Shown here: in pieces, positions 8,855-19,132 of the stretch
Layout of the letters: the number at the start of each line of letters is the position of its first letter
How positions within the stretch are numbered: the stretch's first letter is position 1
Assembly: GCA_963706575.1 (NCBI GenBank)
Contig: CAVPNL010000006.1
Span: 512,001 to 576,000 of the forward strand
Length of the DNA stretch: 64,000 nt
From: an uncultured delta proteobacterium
GTDB lineage: Bacteria > Desulfobacterota > Desulfobacteria > Desulfobacterales > JAHEIW01
Direction of reading: 5' to 3'
Notes under the pieces: model-generated
What the model was told of the DNA's origin: nothing
The model's database searches: none
Seen by the model: the letters and a program-made list of their open reading frames with translations, nothing else
Translations under genes and position numbers: made by a program

Positions 8855-10063
8855 GTGGCAACGAAAGAATATGAGCGCAGCGTTTCAGGTCCAAATACGG
8901 ATGTCTGGATCATATCCGGAGGCAGGCATTCGCAAATTGGTCTGAGCGCAATCGAAGGTGCTAATAAGAATGAACAGGTAAAAGCGGTGAAGGAATATCG
9001 AATCTCAGATATCGCCTATTACTTGCTGAATCCGAAACCCATCGAAGTTGATAAGCGGCTAATCGGTTGTGAAATTCATTATCAACAGCGGCTGGCGGCT
9101 AAAATTATTGAAAAGATAAAGGGTCTTTTTCCCCGCAAACTGCGCCATAGATGGAATGGCCATATGATTCCGCCGGAGATTCTTTTATCGCATTGTAAGG
9201 TAGAGATGCCCCCGCTGAAAGATAAGGCGCTCGAGAATCATTTATACAGTATTTATGAGTACTTGCGCTCATATGATTCTATTTCCAAGCGCTTGCCGCA
9301 GCTCGATCCCGATCATATCGCGCATGTCATCGGCATCTGCAAAGATATTGGCGGCAGTTTGACCTATTTAAAGCTTCAAGGCAGCAGTGAAGACAAATTA
9401 AAATACATGCAAAATTATATTTCAAAAGACGTGGGTGTTCTGCTTCGCAAAGCATATATCGGTGACGGCCTGTTTGAGATGCGGGGGTTTGATTCTGCAG
9501 TCTATGATTCCAATCATGCCCATCGACTCATTGTCTATCAAAAAAACGGGAAACCCAGATGCTGTGTTTTGAATTCAAAAAATGCGGTTGAATATAGCCT
9601 GGAAGATTTAAATCTGTTGAAATTGTTGCTTTTGCTGCAACAGGCGCTGGCGGATGATTTGAAATTAAAGAAAGCCCTTGGCTATTGCATCCGCGGAGAG
9701 GCAAAGCCTGTAAAATTATTCTTTAACCGACAGCTCGAAGTGGATTATTCCAAGTCCATCTTTCCCCCGGTTTACCGTGACATATTAAAGGAGAAAAAGA
9801 CCAATTCAAACCAGCAAAATCTGATCAGACCCGCCTTAAATTATTTGCAGATTGGAATTTCTTTTAATTATATACCGCAGGCAGACATGGCGGCAGACAA
9901 CATGATCACGCTGATTTCAGTGCTTCACGATTTAAGAGCGTTGGAATTACTCCGGAAAAATTTGCCCCAGGTCTACAATGAAATTGAAAAGCGGGTGGGT
10001 GTTTCTGAAGCCGGCAGGTTTTACCTTTTGGATTCAATAGAAGGTTGCAGCAATGATGAGTGA
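8855..10063 (+). CDS. Hypothetical protein (402 aa)
   Basis: Long ORF with GAGGA SD before GTG; stop overlaps the next gene; no motif recognised. Confidence 0.8.
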   Translation: MATKEYERSVSGPNTDVWIISGGRHSQIGLSAIEGANKNEQVKAVKEYRISDIAYYLLNPKPIEVDKRLIGCEIHYQQRLAAKIIEKIKGLFPRKLRHRWNGHMIPPEILLSHCKVEMPPLKDKALENHLYSIYEYLRSYDSISKRLPQLDPDHIAHVIGICKDIGGSLTYLKLQGSSEDKLKYMQNYISKDVGVLLRKAYIGDGLFEMRGFDSAVYDSNHAHRLIVYQKNGKPRCCVLNSKNAVEYSLEDLNLLKLLLLLQQALADDLKLKKALGYCIRGEAKPVKLFFNRQLEVDYSKSIFPPVYRDILKEKKTNSNQQNLIRPALNYLQIGISFNYIPQADMAADNMITLISVLHDLRALELLRKNLPQVYNEIEKRVGVSEAGRFYLLDSIEGCSNDE

Positions 10064-12332
10064 CTATAAAGACAATGATTATGAATGGATAAAAGAGTTG
10101 CTGGATTATCCTCATCAGCTGGAAGAGCGACTTAAATTTTTTGATAGCACCTCTCAAATCGAGATCCCTGAAGATCCGATTGAACGGGTCATCTTCCAGG
10201 ACAAGGCCAAGCGGGCGATTCGGAAAACTGCGCAAAACCGGGGCCACATTCTTATGGTGGGAGGGCCGGGCACCGGTAAATCCATGCTGGCCAATATGTT
10301 TAAAGAAGTTTTGCAAAAATCCCTGGGGGATTATTTGCGACCCGCAGATGCCATCGTTGCCTATCCCGGAAAAGATAGAAACCATGTGCGGATTGCTTAT
10401 GAGACGCCCCAAAAAATCGAACCGTTGCTGGAAAATTTTAACCAAGCGATTGATTTGGCAAGGGAAGCTGTGGATGAATTCAGTCTGGCTGAACAAATTC
10501 AAGCGGCCCGTAAAGTCAAAAGGGGTCTCCTGTGGGCGACGGTGATCGGTATTGCCGCCGGCGTTTTTTATCCGGCCGCCTTTGTTGCCGTCGGGTTGAC
10601 GGGAATGGGCGCCATATTCATGTATATGCAGGAGAACAATCACCGCGCTCAGGAAAAAATTCAAAGAGAGTCAAACACCGATCGTCGCAATGCGGTCAAG
10701 CACTTGTATGATATGGTGCCGGATATTTTATATGATCCCCGAAAAGATAGCGACTTGATGGCCAGAATATCGGAACCGGACGCCAGAAATATGAAGGGCG
10801 GTTTTCGCCATGATCCATACCAATCCGGCAATCTCGAAACCCCCTGCCACAAAAGGGCCTATCTGGGAGCACATGCCAAATCGCCTATCATTTATGTCGA
10901 TGAATTAAAAACCCTGATTAAGGTTGGCTACATGGCGGAATTGCTGGAGATTATGCAAAACAAACAATATATCCTTGAAGGTGGCCGAAATACCGGAAGC
11001 GGTGCCGCCGATCGGTCCGAGAATTATTTAAAAGCCGATAATATTATCGTTGCCTGCTGTAACCATGACACGCTACAGCATCTTCAACAGGAAGGCGAGG
11101 GTGCGTTCCTCAGCCGCATTGAAGATAAAGGCGAAATTATCCGAATGGAAAGTGCCGTACCGGAAACACCTGAAAATATTCGGCAGGTGGCGCAGTATAT
11201 TAAACAGGAGATTTTCAATCTGGGGGAAGAGTTTAAGGATTCCTGGGGTGAGGTAATTGAAAAGGAAGGCTATGAAAGAGTTCGGCAGCGCAGCGAGTAT
11301 ATTTTTGGAAAATCACTTCCAGCTGATTTTAAACTGCAGGAACGCGAGTTTGACAAAAGTGCCGTTCTTGAACTGATTAAAGAGCTGAGGTGCCGTTCTT
11401 CGGACGGTAAGCTCAGCAGTATTTTGCGCCCGATAAATGGTGTCATCAAAGCGGCCGAGTTTGAGGCTATTTTTGAAAATTCGGCGCTGGTTCAAGCGCG
11501 ACATGTTAGACAGGCGCTTAAAGAGCATTTGAGTTTAGAAGGGGGTCTTTCCAAAGAATTCAGTGAACACAAAAAATATTTAAAAAAATATATCGACTCG
11601 ATGACTGATTCCATCGGCTATGTTGTCGGTCTGGCCGTCATCCATTCAAGTTCCAGCGGCCAGATGATGGGTCAACCTCTGCCGATTCATTGTCAGATTA
11701 ATCTGGGAAACGCGGATAAAGTCGTTGCCCCGGGGAAAATCGGTGATATCGCCAAGGCTGCGGCGCAAAATGTCCGGGCTTCAATTAAAAAGGTGTTAAA
11801 CAAGATCGGGGCTCCGTATGTCGGTTATGAAATGTATGTCGAATATATTCAGGCGCACGGTGGGGTTGAAGGCGACAGTGCGTCTGTCGCCATTGATATT
11901 GCGCTGATTTCGGACTTTGTAAAGCAACCGGTCAATCAGCGATACGGTGTTACCGGTTCACTCACCGGTGACATTATTCTGGCGGTTGGTGGGGTAACTG
12001 AAAAAATTCGTTCGATCATGGATCCGATCCTGGGAATGGAAGGCGCATGCATACCCTGGCTCAACAAACGCGATATTGAACCACTGCTGATAAATGCTGA
12101 AAGCGAATATATTCTAAAGGATGATATCCCCGGAATACGGATCTACCGGGCCGCCGGGGAAAAAGAGCCCTTTGATATCTTTTTTTGCAAGACCAAATAC
12201 AATGCGTATCAAATCCTGATGGGATTACGGAAAGAGGCGGTGGAAACCCTCATGGCCCAAAGGAGCCAAAGCGATCTTGAATTCATGAAGAATGCAGGCA
12301 ATTCTTCGGATCAGGCCGAACAGGCGATTTAA
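10053..12332 (+). CDS. lonB: Membrane-anchored ATP-dependent protease LonB, archaeal type (S16)
   Basis: Walker A GGPGTGKS, two TM helices inserted before Walker B (IIYVDE), RHDPYQSGNLETP motif, protease motif VEGDSAS and GGVTEK Lys. Confidence 0.85.
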   Translation: MMSDYKDNDYEWIKELLDYPHQLEERLKFFDSTSQIEIPEDPIERVIFQDKAKRAIRKTAQNRGHILMVGGPGTGKSMLANMFKEVLQKSLGDYLRPADAIVAYPGKDRNHVRIAYETPQKIEPLLENFNQAIDLAREAVDEFSLAEQIQAARKVKRGLLWATVIGIAAGVFYPAAFVAVGLTGMGAIFMYMQENNHRAQEKIQRESNTDRRNAVKHLYDMVPDILYDPRKDSDLMARISEPDARNMKGGFRHDPYQSGNLETPCHKRAYLGAHAKSPIIYVDELKTLIKVGYMAELLEIMQNKQYILEGGRNTGSGAADRSENYLKADNIIVACCNHDTLQHLQQEGEGAFLSRIEDKGEIIRMESAVPETPENIRQVAQYIKQEIFNLGEEFKDSWGEVIEKEGYERVRQRSEYIFGKSLPADFKLQEREFDKSAVLELIKELRCRSSDGKLSSILRPINGVIKAAEFEAIFENSALVQARHVRQALKEHLSLEGGLSKEFSEHKKYLKKYIDSMTDSIGYVVGLAVIHSSSSGQMMGQPLPIHCQINLGNADKVVAPGKIGDIAKAAAQNVRASIKKVLNKIGAPYVGYEMYVEYIQAHGGVEGDSASVAIDIALISDFVKQPVNQRYGVTGSLTGDIILAVGGVTEKIRSIMDPILGMEGACIPWLNKRDIEPLLINAESEYILKDDIPGIRIYRAAGEKEPFDIFFCKTKYNAYQILMGLRKEAVETLMAQRSQSDLEFMKNAGNSSDQAEQAI

Positions 12333-12405
12333 GGCGAATAGGCCCATTTGGGATTTTTCACCAATAGATCGTTTCTAATTTTAAAAAGGGATAATTTAGG
12401 TTCCC

Positions 12406-13476
12406 ATGAGAATTGAATGTCCAAATTGCCGCAGGGTCTGTGCGATTTCAAGCGATCTGATTGTGACCCAAAAGCGGGGATTAAAACTCTCGTGTTCCGT
12501 GTGTAAAGCGGATTTTCATGTTGTATTATCCCTGCCGGCGGAAATAAAACCGGAAGAGGCTCAGAGGACTTCATCCAGAGATTCCTCGACTCGGCGGACC
12601 TCACCGATTGTCGAAACCGAAGAAAATTCCAAGATTATATCATTGAAAAGCAAAATATTGCGCGGTCTGGTGGAATTGCCGCCGATGCCGAATATTATTT
12701 TGAAGGCACGTGAAATTATGGAAGATTCAGGCTCGAGCCTTAAAGACCTTGCCGGTGTCATTGAACACGACCAGGCGATTGTCGCCAGGGTTCTTGCCCT
12801 GGCCAATTCCGCCTATTACGGTTTGAGCGGACTTGTGGCATCAATTCAGCATGCTTCGATATTGTTGGGTCAAAAGACGCTGGGCGAACTGATTACGATT
12901 GCCGCTTCCTCGCAACTTTTAAATAAAAAATTAAAAGGTTACCGGCTAGACCCCGGTGATTTATGGAAGCATTCTCTGGCGGTAGCCCTGGGATCCAGAA
13001 TTATTGCCGAGAAAAGAAACGCCGAATGGGTTGAAGATGCATTTATCGCCGGATTGCTTCACGATGCCGGCAAGATTATACTCAATCCGTATATAGTGGA
13101 GCGCGAAAAAGCGTTTAAAAAGGCCTTAGGAAACGGTCAACCGAAATTTATCGATGCCGAAAAGGAAATTTTGGGTTTTGATCATGCCGAGGTCATGTCG
13201 CGTGCAATCCGGTTTTGGCGTTATCCTGAAAACCAATCGACCGCCATCCGATATCATCATTGCCCGTCGCACTCCGAAAATAGCGAACTGGCCTTCATTG
13301 TCCACCTGGCGGATTTTGCCGCAAAAGAAGCAGGCTTTAAATCAGAAGATGGTGTACCACAGTCTGAAATTGACCCGCAAACATTGAGCTATTTGGGATT
13401 TCAAAAAGAAGACTTAAGCCCTATAATTGCCCAGATCGCCACATCCGTAGAGAAATTAGCCAACGAATTTAAATAA
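12406..13476 (+). CDS. Zinc-ribbon (MJ0042-like) plus HDOD domain protein
   Basis: CPNC...CSVC N-terminus; LPPMP, LANSAYYG, LWKHS, AGLLHDAGK, GFDHAEV, AIRYHH. Confidence 0.9.
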   Translation: MRIECPNCRRVCAISSDLIVTQKRGLKLSCSVCKADFHVVLSLPAEIKPEEAQRTSSRDSSTRRTSPIVETEENSKIISLKSKILRGLVELPPMPNIILKAREIMEDSGSSLKDLAGVIEHDQAIVARVLALANSAYYGLSGLVASIQHASILLGQKTLGELITIAASSQLLNKKLKGYRLDPGDLWKHSLAVALGSRIIAEKRNAEWVEDAFIAGLLHDAGKIILNPYIVEREKAFKKALGNGQPKFIDAEKEILGFDHAEVMSRAIRFWRYPENQSTAIRYHHCPSHSENSELAFIVHLADFAAKEAGFKSEDGVPQSEIDPQTLSYLGFQKEDLSPIIAQIATSVEKLANEFK

Positions 13477-13641
13477 TCCGCCCCGCGTTATTTTAAAACG
13501 AGCTCAATGCTGCATATTTAATCCTTACCTTAACCAGGAGCCGGCGACCAGAAGCCAGCCGCCAGAAAAAAAGTCTTGCCCATCGAACCATTTCGCGCCA
13601 ATATATCAGCAACCATATCATTGCTGAACAGGGAAGATCCC

Positions 13642-14803
13642 ATGCCCCAATATGATTTAACTGAATTTTTAAAATTATCTTCGGTGCTTAATTATAACCT
13701 GAGCGCAGCGTCATTAAATCGTTACAATGTCATGATGTATATCATCGGCGGCAAAACCCTGGATCGGGGTGTTAAGAAGGACCGGGAAAAAAAAGGCGTT
13801 TTGATGGATGCGCTGGGTTATCTTTTCAGCGCCTACCAGCAGAAGAGACGACGCCTGGGGCCCATGGCCGTCTTGCACCCGTTGCGGGCAACGGTGCTAT
13901 TTGCACGCAATCAAGAGCGGTTGAACTTGATCGGTCTGCTGAGTGTCCTGTTGCATGATATTATGGAGGATATCAATCCGTATGATTTTGAAATCATTCA
14001 GTGGATCGATATGGAGGGCAGGCTTTATCACCTGCTGGAGCGCATGGGTGATAAAGATGAGTCAAAACTGCTAAGCAATATCGTTGCATTAACGCGAATC
14101 GAAAGGGAATCCTATTACCAATATATTGGTCGACTGCTTGAAAACGCCGGTCATTCCCCGCAACTGGTTCATGTGAAATTAGCCGATCGCCTGGACAACA
14201 CGATGGATATGCGAATTGACCTTGAAGATCCGCTGGCAGGGGTCGATTTTTTTCAAAAGATTTTTCAGTTGCTTTTTGTTAATAATTATCGCGGGTACCA
14301 ACCTGCCAATGAACATGCAGCCGGCTTCAGCCATGAATGGCGCCCGCCGGCTCTACCAGCTTTTTAAAAATACCGTCTTACTGTCCTTGATCCGTCAACA
14401 TAAATCCCAACACAGCGATCGTTCCTTAAACGTTCTTTTTGAAGCCGTCTGTGATGCCAGTTTGCAGGAGGCTCAAAGAACCTTAATGCATTTGATCGGG
14501 TTCCACATTAAGGATACTGCCGATCAGCGCAAACTGCTCCTGGAGGCTATGAAATATTGTTTCAGCGGTCGGATCGATCTGGTCACCAAGCCGGATCGCA
14601 GTCAATTACTGGATGGCCTGTTTTCGACCTATTTTGCGCACAATTCCAAAAAAGTTCTGTACCGGCAGCTCGATATTTTATATCAAAACAAGGAGCTGAT
14701 GATTCAAGCCTCCATCGCCTTTGTGGTGATATTTTTGCACTTCTTAAATGATTCCAAGTATTATGTTCATGGCATCAGTCATGAAGGAATCAAGCCGCGT
14801 TAG
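13642..14803 (+). CDS. HD-domain protein (RelA/SpoT hydrolase-like N-terminal fold), one +1 frameshift near 14317
   Basis: LHPLR, LLHDIMED, VKLADRLDN motifs; ORFs 13576..14367 and 14216..14803 join as EH-QPASAMNGARR. Confidence 0.75.
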
Positions 14804-14850
14804 AGACAAGTCCCTAAGTTCCTTTAATCAATCTGATCCGCTATGGCGGA

Positions 14851-15321
14851 TCAGATTGCCAGATCACTCGGCACCTTTTTGTCAAATTCGGTCAACCGCA
14901 TGGCCATGAGGTGATTGACCATTTCAAATTCTTCGTAAACCAGATTCGGCTGCTCTGGATTTGAAAGCATGGATTCACGGCTGTGGTAGGCTGCACTGTA
15001 TTCGGGGTCGATCTCAAGGGCACGGTCAAAATCTTGAAAGGCACGGGCAAAATCTCCCATTTGTTCATGGGCGATCCCGCGCAGGTGATAGGCCCGGGCA
15101 TATCCGGCATCCAGCGCGATCGCCCGGTCAAAATCGTCTCTGGCGTCGCGTGCCTTTGCCAGTTTTAAACGGGCCGCCCCCCGGCTGACATAAAATAGTG
15201 CCAGGGTGGGATCATACTCAATTGCCCGTGTAAATAAATCAACGCTTTTCTTGAAATCTTTTTTGATATAAGCGGCGACACCTTCGTCAAACATTATTCT
15301 TGCTGCATATTTATTGGCCAC
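14851..15321 (-). CDS. TPR repeat protein
   Basis: Three TPR-pattern helical repeats (FTRAIEYDP, FDRAIALDA, FDRALEIDP). Confidence 0.85.
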   Translation of the reverse strand: MANKYAARIMFDEGVAAYIKKDFKKSVDLFTRAIEYDPTLALFYVSRGAARLKLAKARDARDDFDRAIALDAGYARAYHLRGIAHEQMGDFARAFQDFDRALEIDPEYSAAYHSRESMLSNPEQPNLVYEEFEMVNHLMAMRLTEFDKKVPSDLAI

Positions 15322-15509
15322 GTTGCTTTTCTCCCATATTGCTGTGAAATCTTTAACTCTGCCGTAAAATGGCAGTACGGGTCGTAAATCGGGGAACCGT
15401 TTGAAATTAAAAACAATATAATGTCTTTCGTCCTAAAAATATAAATAGTCACTTTCAGCGATATGTCAACAGAGGTGAGAGGGTCAGATTCTCATCCCTT
15501 AAAAACGAT

Positions 15510-15571
15510 TTGACAACCTGAATTCACTGGTTCAAATTAGTCCAACCAATTTTTATTGGTAAAATTTTACC
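15510..15571 (+). promoter_or_regulatory. sigma70-type promoter with overlapping LldR/FadR-type operator
   Basis: TTGACA at 15510; AATTAGTCCAACCAATT at 15535-15551 resembles GntR/FadR-family lactate operators (AATTGG-N5-CCAATT); second palindrome GGTAAAATTTTACC at 15558-15571. Confidence 0.55.
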
Positions 15572-15595
15572 CCGATTTAGGTTTTGGTTGCCAAT

Positions 15596-17143
15596 ATGAC
15601 AGAGGTATTTATCATTAAGTGGATTTTTGCGCTTTCACCGATTGTGACGGTACTTGTTTTAATGATTTTTAAAAACTGGAGCGGCGCTCGTGCGGGAGCC
15701 GCCGGTTGGTTTGTTTCCTTGATCATCGCAACACTTATCTTCGGGGCTCACCCTGAACTCATTGCCCATTCCCAGATGAAAGGCGTGCTGCTTTCCCTTA
15801 ATGTTCTTTATATTATCTGGGCAGCTCTTTTTTTGTATCATGTTGTAAATGAAACAGGTGCCATTCGCGCAATCGGTATCGGCATACAAAGATTCAGCGG
15901 CGACAAATCTATTCAGATTCTTATCTTTGGATGGATATTTTCCTCTTTTCTTCAGGGTGTTGCCGGTTACGGCGTCCCAATTGCCGTTGTTGCGCCCCTT
16001 CTTGCCGCTCTTGGTTTTTCTCCTGTTGTTTCAGTTGCAGTTCCGGCAATTGGACATTCATGGTCGGTCACATTTGGATCAATGGGGGCTTCGTTTCAGG
16101 CTCTCATGGCTGTCTCGGGACTTGAAGCGTCATACCTGGCACCATGGTCGGCCACGCTGCTGGGCATTTCCACTTTTTTGTGCGGCATATTCGCCGTGTA
16201 TGTATATGATGGCTGGAAAATGGTAAAACACAGTCTATTGGCAATTCTGATCATTGGAACTGCCATGGCAGGCACACAATATTTTCTTTCAGTTTCCGGA
16301 ATGTGGACCCTGGGTGGTTTCGGAGCAAGCCTGGCAGGGCTTTTCAGCGGCCTTGCTGTTGCAAAATTAAAATTATACAACCGGACGCCTCCTTCACAAA
16401 CCCGGCCGGAAATGGGGTTGTGGTGGGCATTGACGGCATACTTTATTCTTATCGTAATTGTTTCTTGCGGAGTCATGATACCTTCTGTCAAAGCATTTCT
16501 CGGGCAGGTAAAATTATCTTTTATATTTCCGCAAATAGTATCTTTAAAGGGGTGGGTTGTTCAGGCAGGCAAAGGCAAAGGCATCAATATTTTCGGCCAT
16601 GGTGGTGCGCTGCTTTTTTATTCATCGATTATAAGTTATTTCGTTTACCGCTCGATGGGCTTTTATAAATCCCATGCGATAAAAACAATACTGCAAAAAA
16701 CTGTGACAAACGGTGTACCCACAAGCCTTGGGATTGTTAGCATGGTTTGTTTTGCCATGATAATGGATCACTGCCAGATGATCAACATCATCGCTGAAGG
16801 GATCAGCAGGGTATTCGGTTCTAGTTATCCGTTGGTTGCTCCATGGATCGGACTACTGGGCGCTTTTATGACAGGCAGCAACACAAACTCCAATGTTGTT
16901 TTTGGGGTCCTCCAGCAGGAGACCGCTCGCCTGGCAGGGCTTAGTGCGGCCCTGATACTTGCAGCACAGACAACCGGCGGCGCGCTTGGCAGCATGATTG
17001 CTCCGGCAAAAATACTCGTGGGTTGCTCGACTGTCGGTCTAGCGGGAAAAGAAGGGCCAGTTCTAAAGACAACGCTTCGCTACGGGCTTGTGATTACCGG
17101 TATTATTGGCGTTATTACAGCACTGCTATCTTTTATCATTTAA
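15596..17143 (+). CDS. lctP: L-lactate permease
   Basis: Polytopic membrane protein with FLQGVAGYGVPIAV and GAFMTGSNTNSNVVFG motifs. Confidence 0.88.
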   Translation: MTEVFIIKWIFALSPIVTVLVLMIFKNWSGARAGAAGWFVSLIIATLIFGAHPELIAHSQMKGVLLSLNVLYIIWAALFLYHVVNETGAIRAIGIGIQRFSGDKSIQILIFGWIFSSFLQGVAGYGVPIAVVAPLLAALGFSPVVSVAVPAIGHSWSVTFGSMGASFQALMAVSGLEASYLAPWSATLLGISTFLCGIFAVYVYDGWKMVKHSLLAILIIGTAMAGTQYFLSVSGMWTLGGFGASLAGLFSGLAVAKLKLYNRTPPSQTRPEMGLWWALTAYFILIVIVSCGVMIPSVKAFLGQVKLSFIFPQIVSLKGWVVQAGKGKGINIFGHGGALLFYSSIISYFVYRSMGFYKSHAIKTILQKTVTNGVPTSLGIVSMVCFAMIMDHCQMINIIAEGISRVFGSSYPLVAPWIGLLGAFMTGSNTNSNVVFGVLQQETARLAGLSAALILAAQTTGGALGSMIAPAKILVGCSTVGLAGKEGPVLKTTLRYGLVITGIIGVITALLSFII

Positions 17144-17158
17144 AGGCAAACACCCGTT

Positions 17159-17332
17159 ATGGATAATTTTTTTAAAAAACACGGCGCAAAACTAAAAATC
17201 ATCGCGTTGATATTCATGCTGGTTATACCTTTTTTACTTTATACGGCTGCAGTGCAGGGCTCAATCTTTCAGGTAAAACTCTTTCTGGCGTTGATGATCG
17301 GCACGATGCTGTACGTCCTGATAAAAGGTTAG
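17159..17332 (+). CDS. Small two-TM protein (57 aa), not in the ORF track
   Basis: MDNFFKKHGAKLKIIALIFMLVIPFLLYTAAVQGSIFQVKLFLALMIGTMLYVLIKG*, starting 15 bp after the permease stop. Confidence 0.65.
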   Translation: MDNFFKKHGAKLKIIALIFMLVIPFLLYTAAVQGSIFQVKLFLALMIGTMLYVLIKG

Positions 17333-17349
17333 CAGTGGCTTCAAAACCC

Positions 17350-17390
17350 CAACTTTAGTCACTTTAGTTCACTTTAGGCACTTTTAGACC
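17350..17390. repeat. Single arm of CACTTTAG-type 9-10 nt tandem repeat
   Basis: caactttagtcactttagttcactttaggcacttttag; same family as 34121-34244 and 58952-58994. Confidence 0.7.
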
Positions 17391-17477
17391 TTGAACCTGA
17401 TCTGAAATTTTGAAACCACTTCTAAGGATATTTTTGTGCTGGAAGATCTTCTTGAAAGACAGCAAAATGGGAGAGTC

Positions 17478-18284
17478 TTATTTGAGGTAAATGATTTCTC
17501 CGCATCGGTGCTGGCTGGCGACCGTCAGGCGCGGTTTGCATCGGGTCAGCGCCTCGGAGACTTCAGCGAGCACTTTTCGGGGGGCGTTATTGGTTTGGCT
17601 TAAATGCGCCAGGATGACGTGTTCAAGGCCCTTATGCTGTAATTCCATCAACAACCGTTTTGACTGTTCATTAGAGAGATGCCCGCTGTGGCTCTGGATA
17701 CGACGCTTCAGGTACCACGGGTAGGGCCCGTTTGTCAGCATCTCCGGATCATGATTGGCTTCCAGGATGAGTAAATGGCAGTGTTTTAGATTTTCTTTTA
17801 AATGGGGCGTGACAGTACCCAGGTCGGTTGCCACACCGATACGGCAGCCGTTTTGCCCGATGGTAAAACCTACCGGATCGGCGGCATCATGGGAGACGGC
17901 AAAAGGATGCACCGCCAAATTGTCAATCTGAAAAGTCGAGCCGCTATTGAAGGTTCGGATCGCGTGAACGCTGCCCATAGATACCTTTTTTTCAATGTTG
18001 CGGCTAAGGTATATCGGTAGCTTTAGCTGACGGGAAAGCACGCCGACAGCCTGGACATGGTCACTGTGTTCATGGGTGACCAGAATGGCATTCAGGTCTT
18101 TGGGGTTTAGCCCCCGGGACTTTAGTCGCCGTTTAATCTCCGTGGCAGAAAGGCCGGCATCAATCAGGATGGCGGTTAAGCCGTCTGAAATATAAATGGC
18201 ATTGCCTTTGCTGCCGCTGGCCAGCACGCAGACGGCCAGATTATAATCGGCGCATTGCCGCGGTCGCTCTAATTCAAGTTTCAT
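17478..18284 (-). CDS. MBL-fold metallo-hydrolase (YycJ/WalJ-like)
   Basis: LASGSKGN, THEHSDH, SHDAADP, EANHD, GHLSN, LAHLS. Confidence 0.9.
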   Translation of the reverse strand: MKLELERPRQCADYNLAVCVLASGSKGNAIYISDGLTAILIDAGLSATEIKRRLKSRGLNPKDLNAILVTHEHSDHVQAVGVLSRQLKLPIYLSRNIEKKVSMGSVHAIRTFNSGSTFQIDNLAVHPFAVSHDAADPVGFTIGQNGCRIGVATDLGTVTPHLKENLKHCHLLILEANHDPEMLTNGPYPWYLKRRIQSHSGHLSNEQSKRLLMELQHKGLEHVILAHLSQTNNAPRKVLAEVSEALTRCKPRLTVASQHRCGEIIYLK

Positions 18285-18320
18285 AAAATATATCCCAGTC
18301 TGCCGTTCATTTGGCTGAAT

Positions 18321-18431
18321 GATCGCTTCGCTTGAGGATTCAAGATCTTCCTTGTAGCCTCAAAGACCGCAGGGCTGCTCGTCAAGGCTCGAAGAGCCGC
18401 TCCTAAAGCCCCGCAAATAGCGGGGCGCTCC
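18321..18431. repeat. Mini-hairpin array element (GAGCG/CGCTC family)
   Basis: gatcgcttcgcttgagg...ggctcgaagagccgctcctaaagccccgcaaatagcggggcgctcc; related to 25741-25912, 41175-41310 and 55326-55448. Confidence 0.7.
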
Positions 18432-18437
18432 ATAGAC

Positions 18438-18896
18438 TTATTTCCCCGTATGCCCGAAACCACCGGTGTTGCGTTTGGTTTCGTCAAGCTCCGCAACGAT
18501 ATCCAGTCTGGCCAGATACACCTTTTTAATGACCATTTGAGCAATGCGGTCTGCGCGCCGAAATGTATAAGGCGTTGCGCCCAGATTGATGACTGCGATT
18601 TTTATTTCACCACGATAATCGGCATCAATGGTTCCCGGGGAATTAATCAGTCCAATGCCATGTTTTATCGCCAATCCGCTGCGGGGTCTAATCTGGGCTT
18701 CGAATCCCCGGGGAAGCGCAATGGCAAAACCGGTGGGAATCAGCGTAAGTTCGCCCTTGTTCAGAACCAGGTCTTTATTTATGGCGGCGCATATGTCCAT
18801 TCCTGCCGATTGATCGGTCATGTAGCGGGGCAGCGGGATATCTGAATCCGTATCCGGATGCAGGCGCATAATTTTAATAACGGGGGAAGAATTCAT
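18438..18896 (-). CDS. dut: dUTP diphosphatase
   Basis: [38 protein letters not shown]. Confidence 0.97.
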   Translation of the reverse strand: MNSSPVIKIMRLHPDTDSDIPLPRYMTDQSAGMDICAAINKDLVLNKGELTLIPTGFAIALPRGFEAQIRPRSGLAIKHGIGLINSPGTIDADYRGEIKIAVINLGATPYTFRRADRIAQMVIKKVYLARLDIVAELDETKRNTGGFGHTGK

Positions 18897-18904
18897 TACG
18901 CTGT

Positions 18905-19130
18905 GGTTTTAGGGTTCAGGGTTCAAAGGTTCAGCGTTCAAAGGCTCGGATATTCGGTGCCAGGCAAATATTTGTTGTTTGATTGGTTCGATTGGTTCGA
19001 TTGGTTAAGATACAACCACAACCAATAGAACCAATTCAACCAATGAAACGAATGCAACTAAGTATTAAGCCTGCTATAAACCTGAACCTCTGAACGTTAG
19101 ACCTTTGAACCCTGAACCGCTGAACGCCTG
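18905..19130. repeat. Nested inverted repeat arrays (outer GGTTCA 7-8-mers, inner ATTGGTT 9-mers)
   Basis: Outer gggttcagggttcaaaggttcagcgttcaaagg / cctttgaaccctgaaccgctgaac; inner gattggttcgattggttcgattggtt / aaccaatagaaccaattcaaccaat. Confidence 0.85.
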
Positions 19131-19132
19131 CA

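Noticed and set aside
18905..19130. CRISPR array interpretation of the intergenic repeats
   Set aside because: Units are 7-9 nt, degenerate and contiguous, with no unique 25-45 nt spacers and no cas genes in the window.
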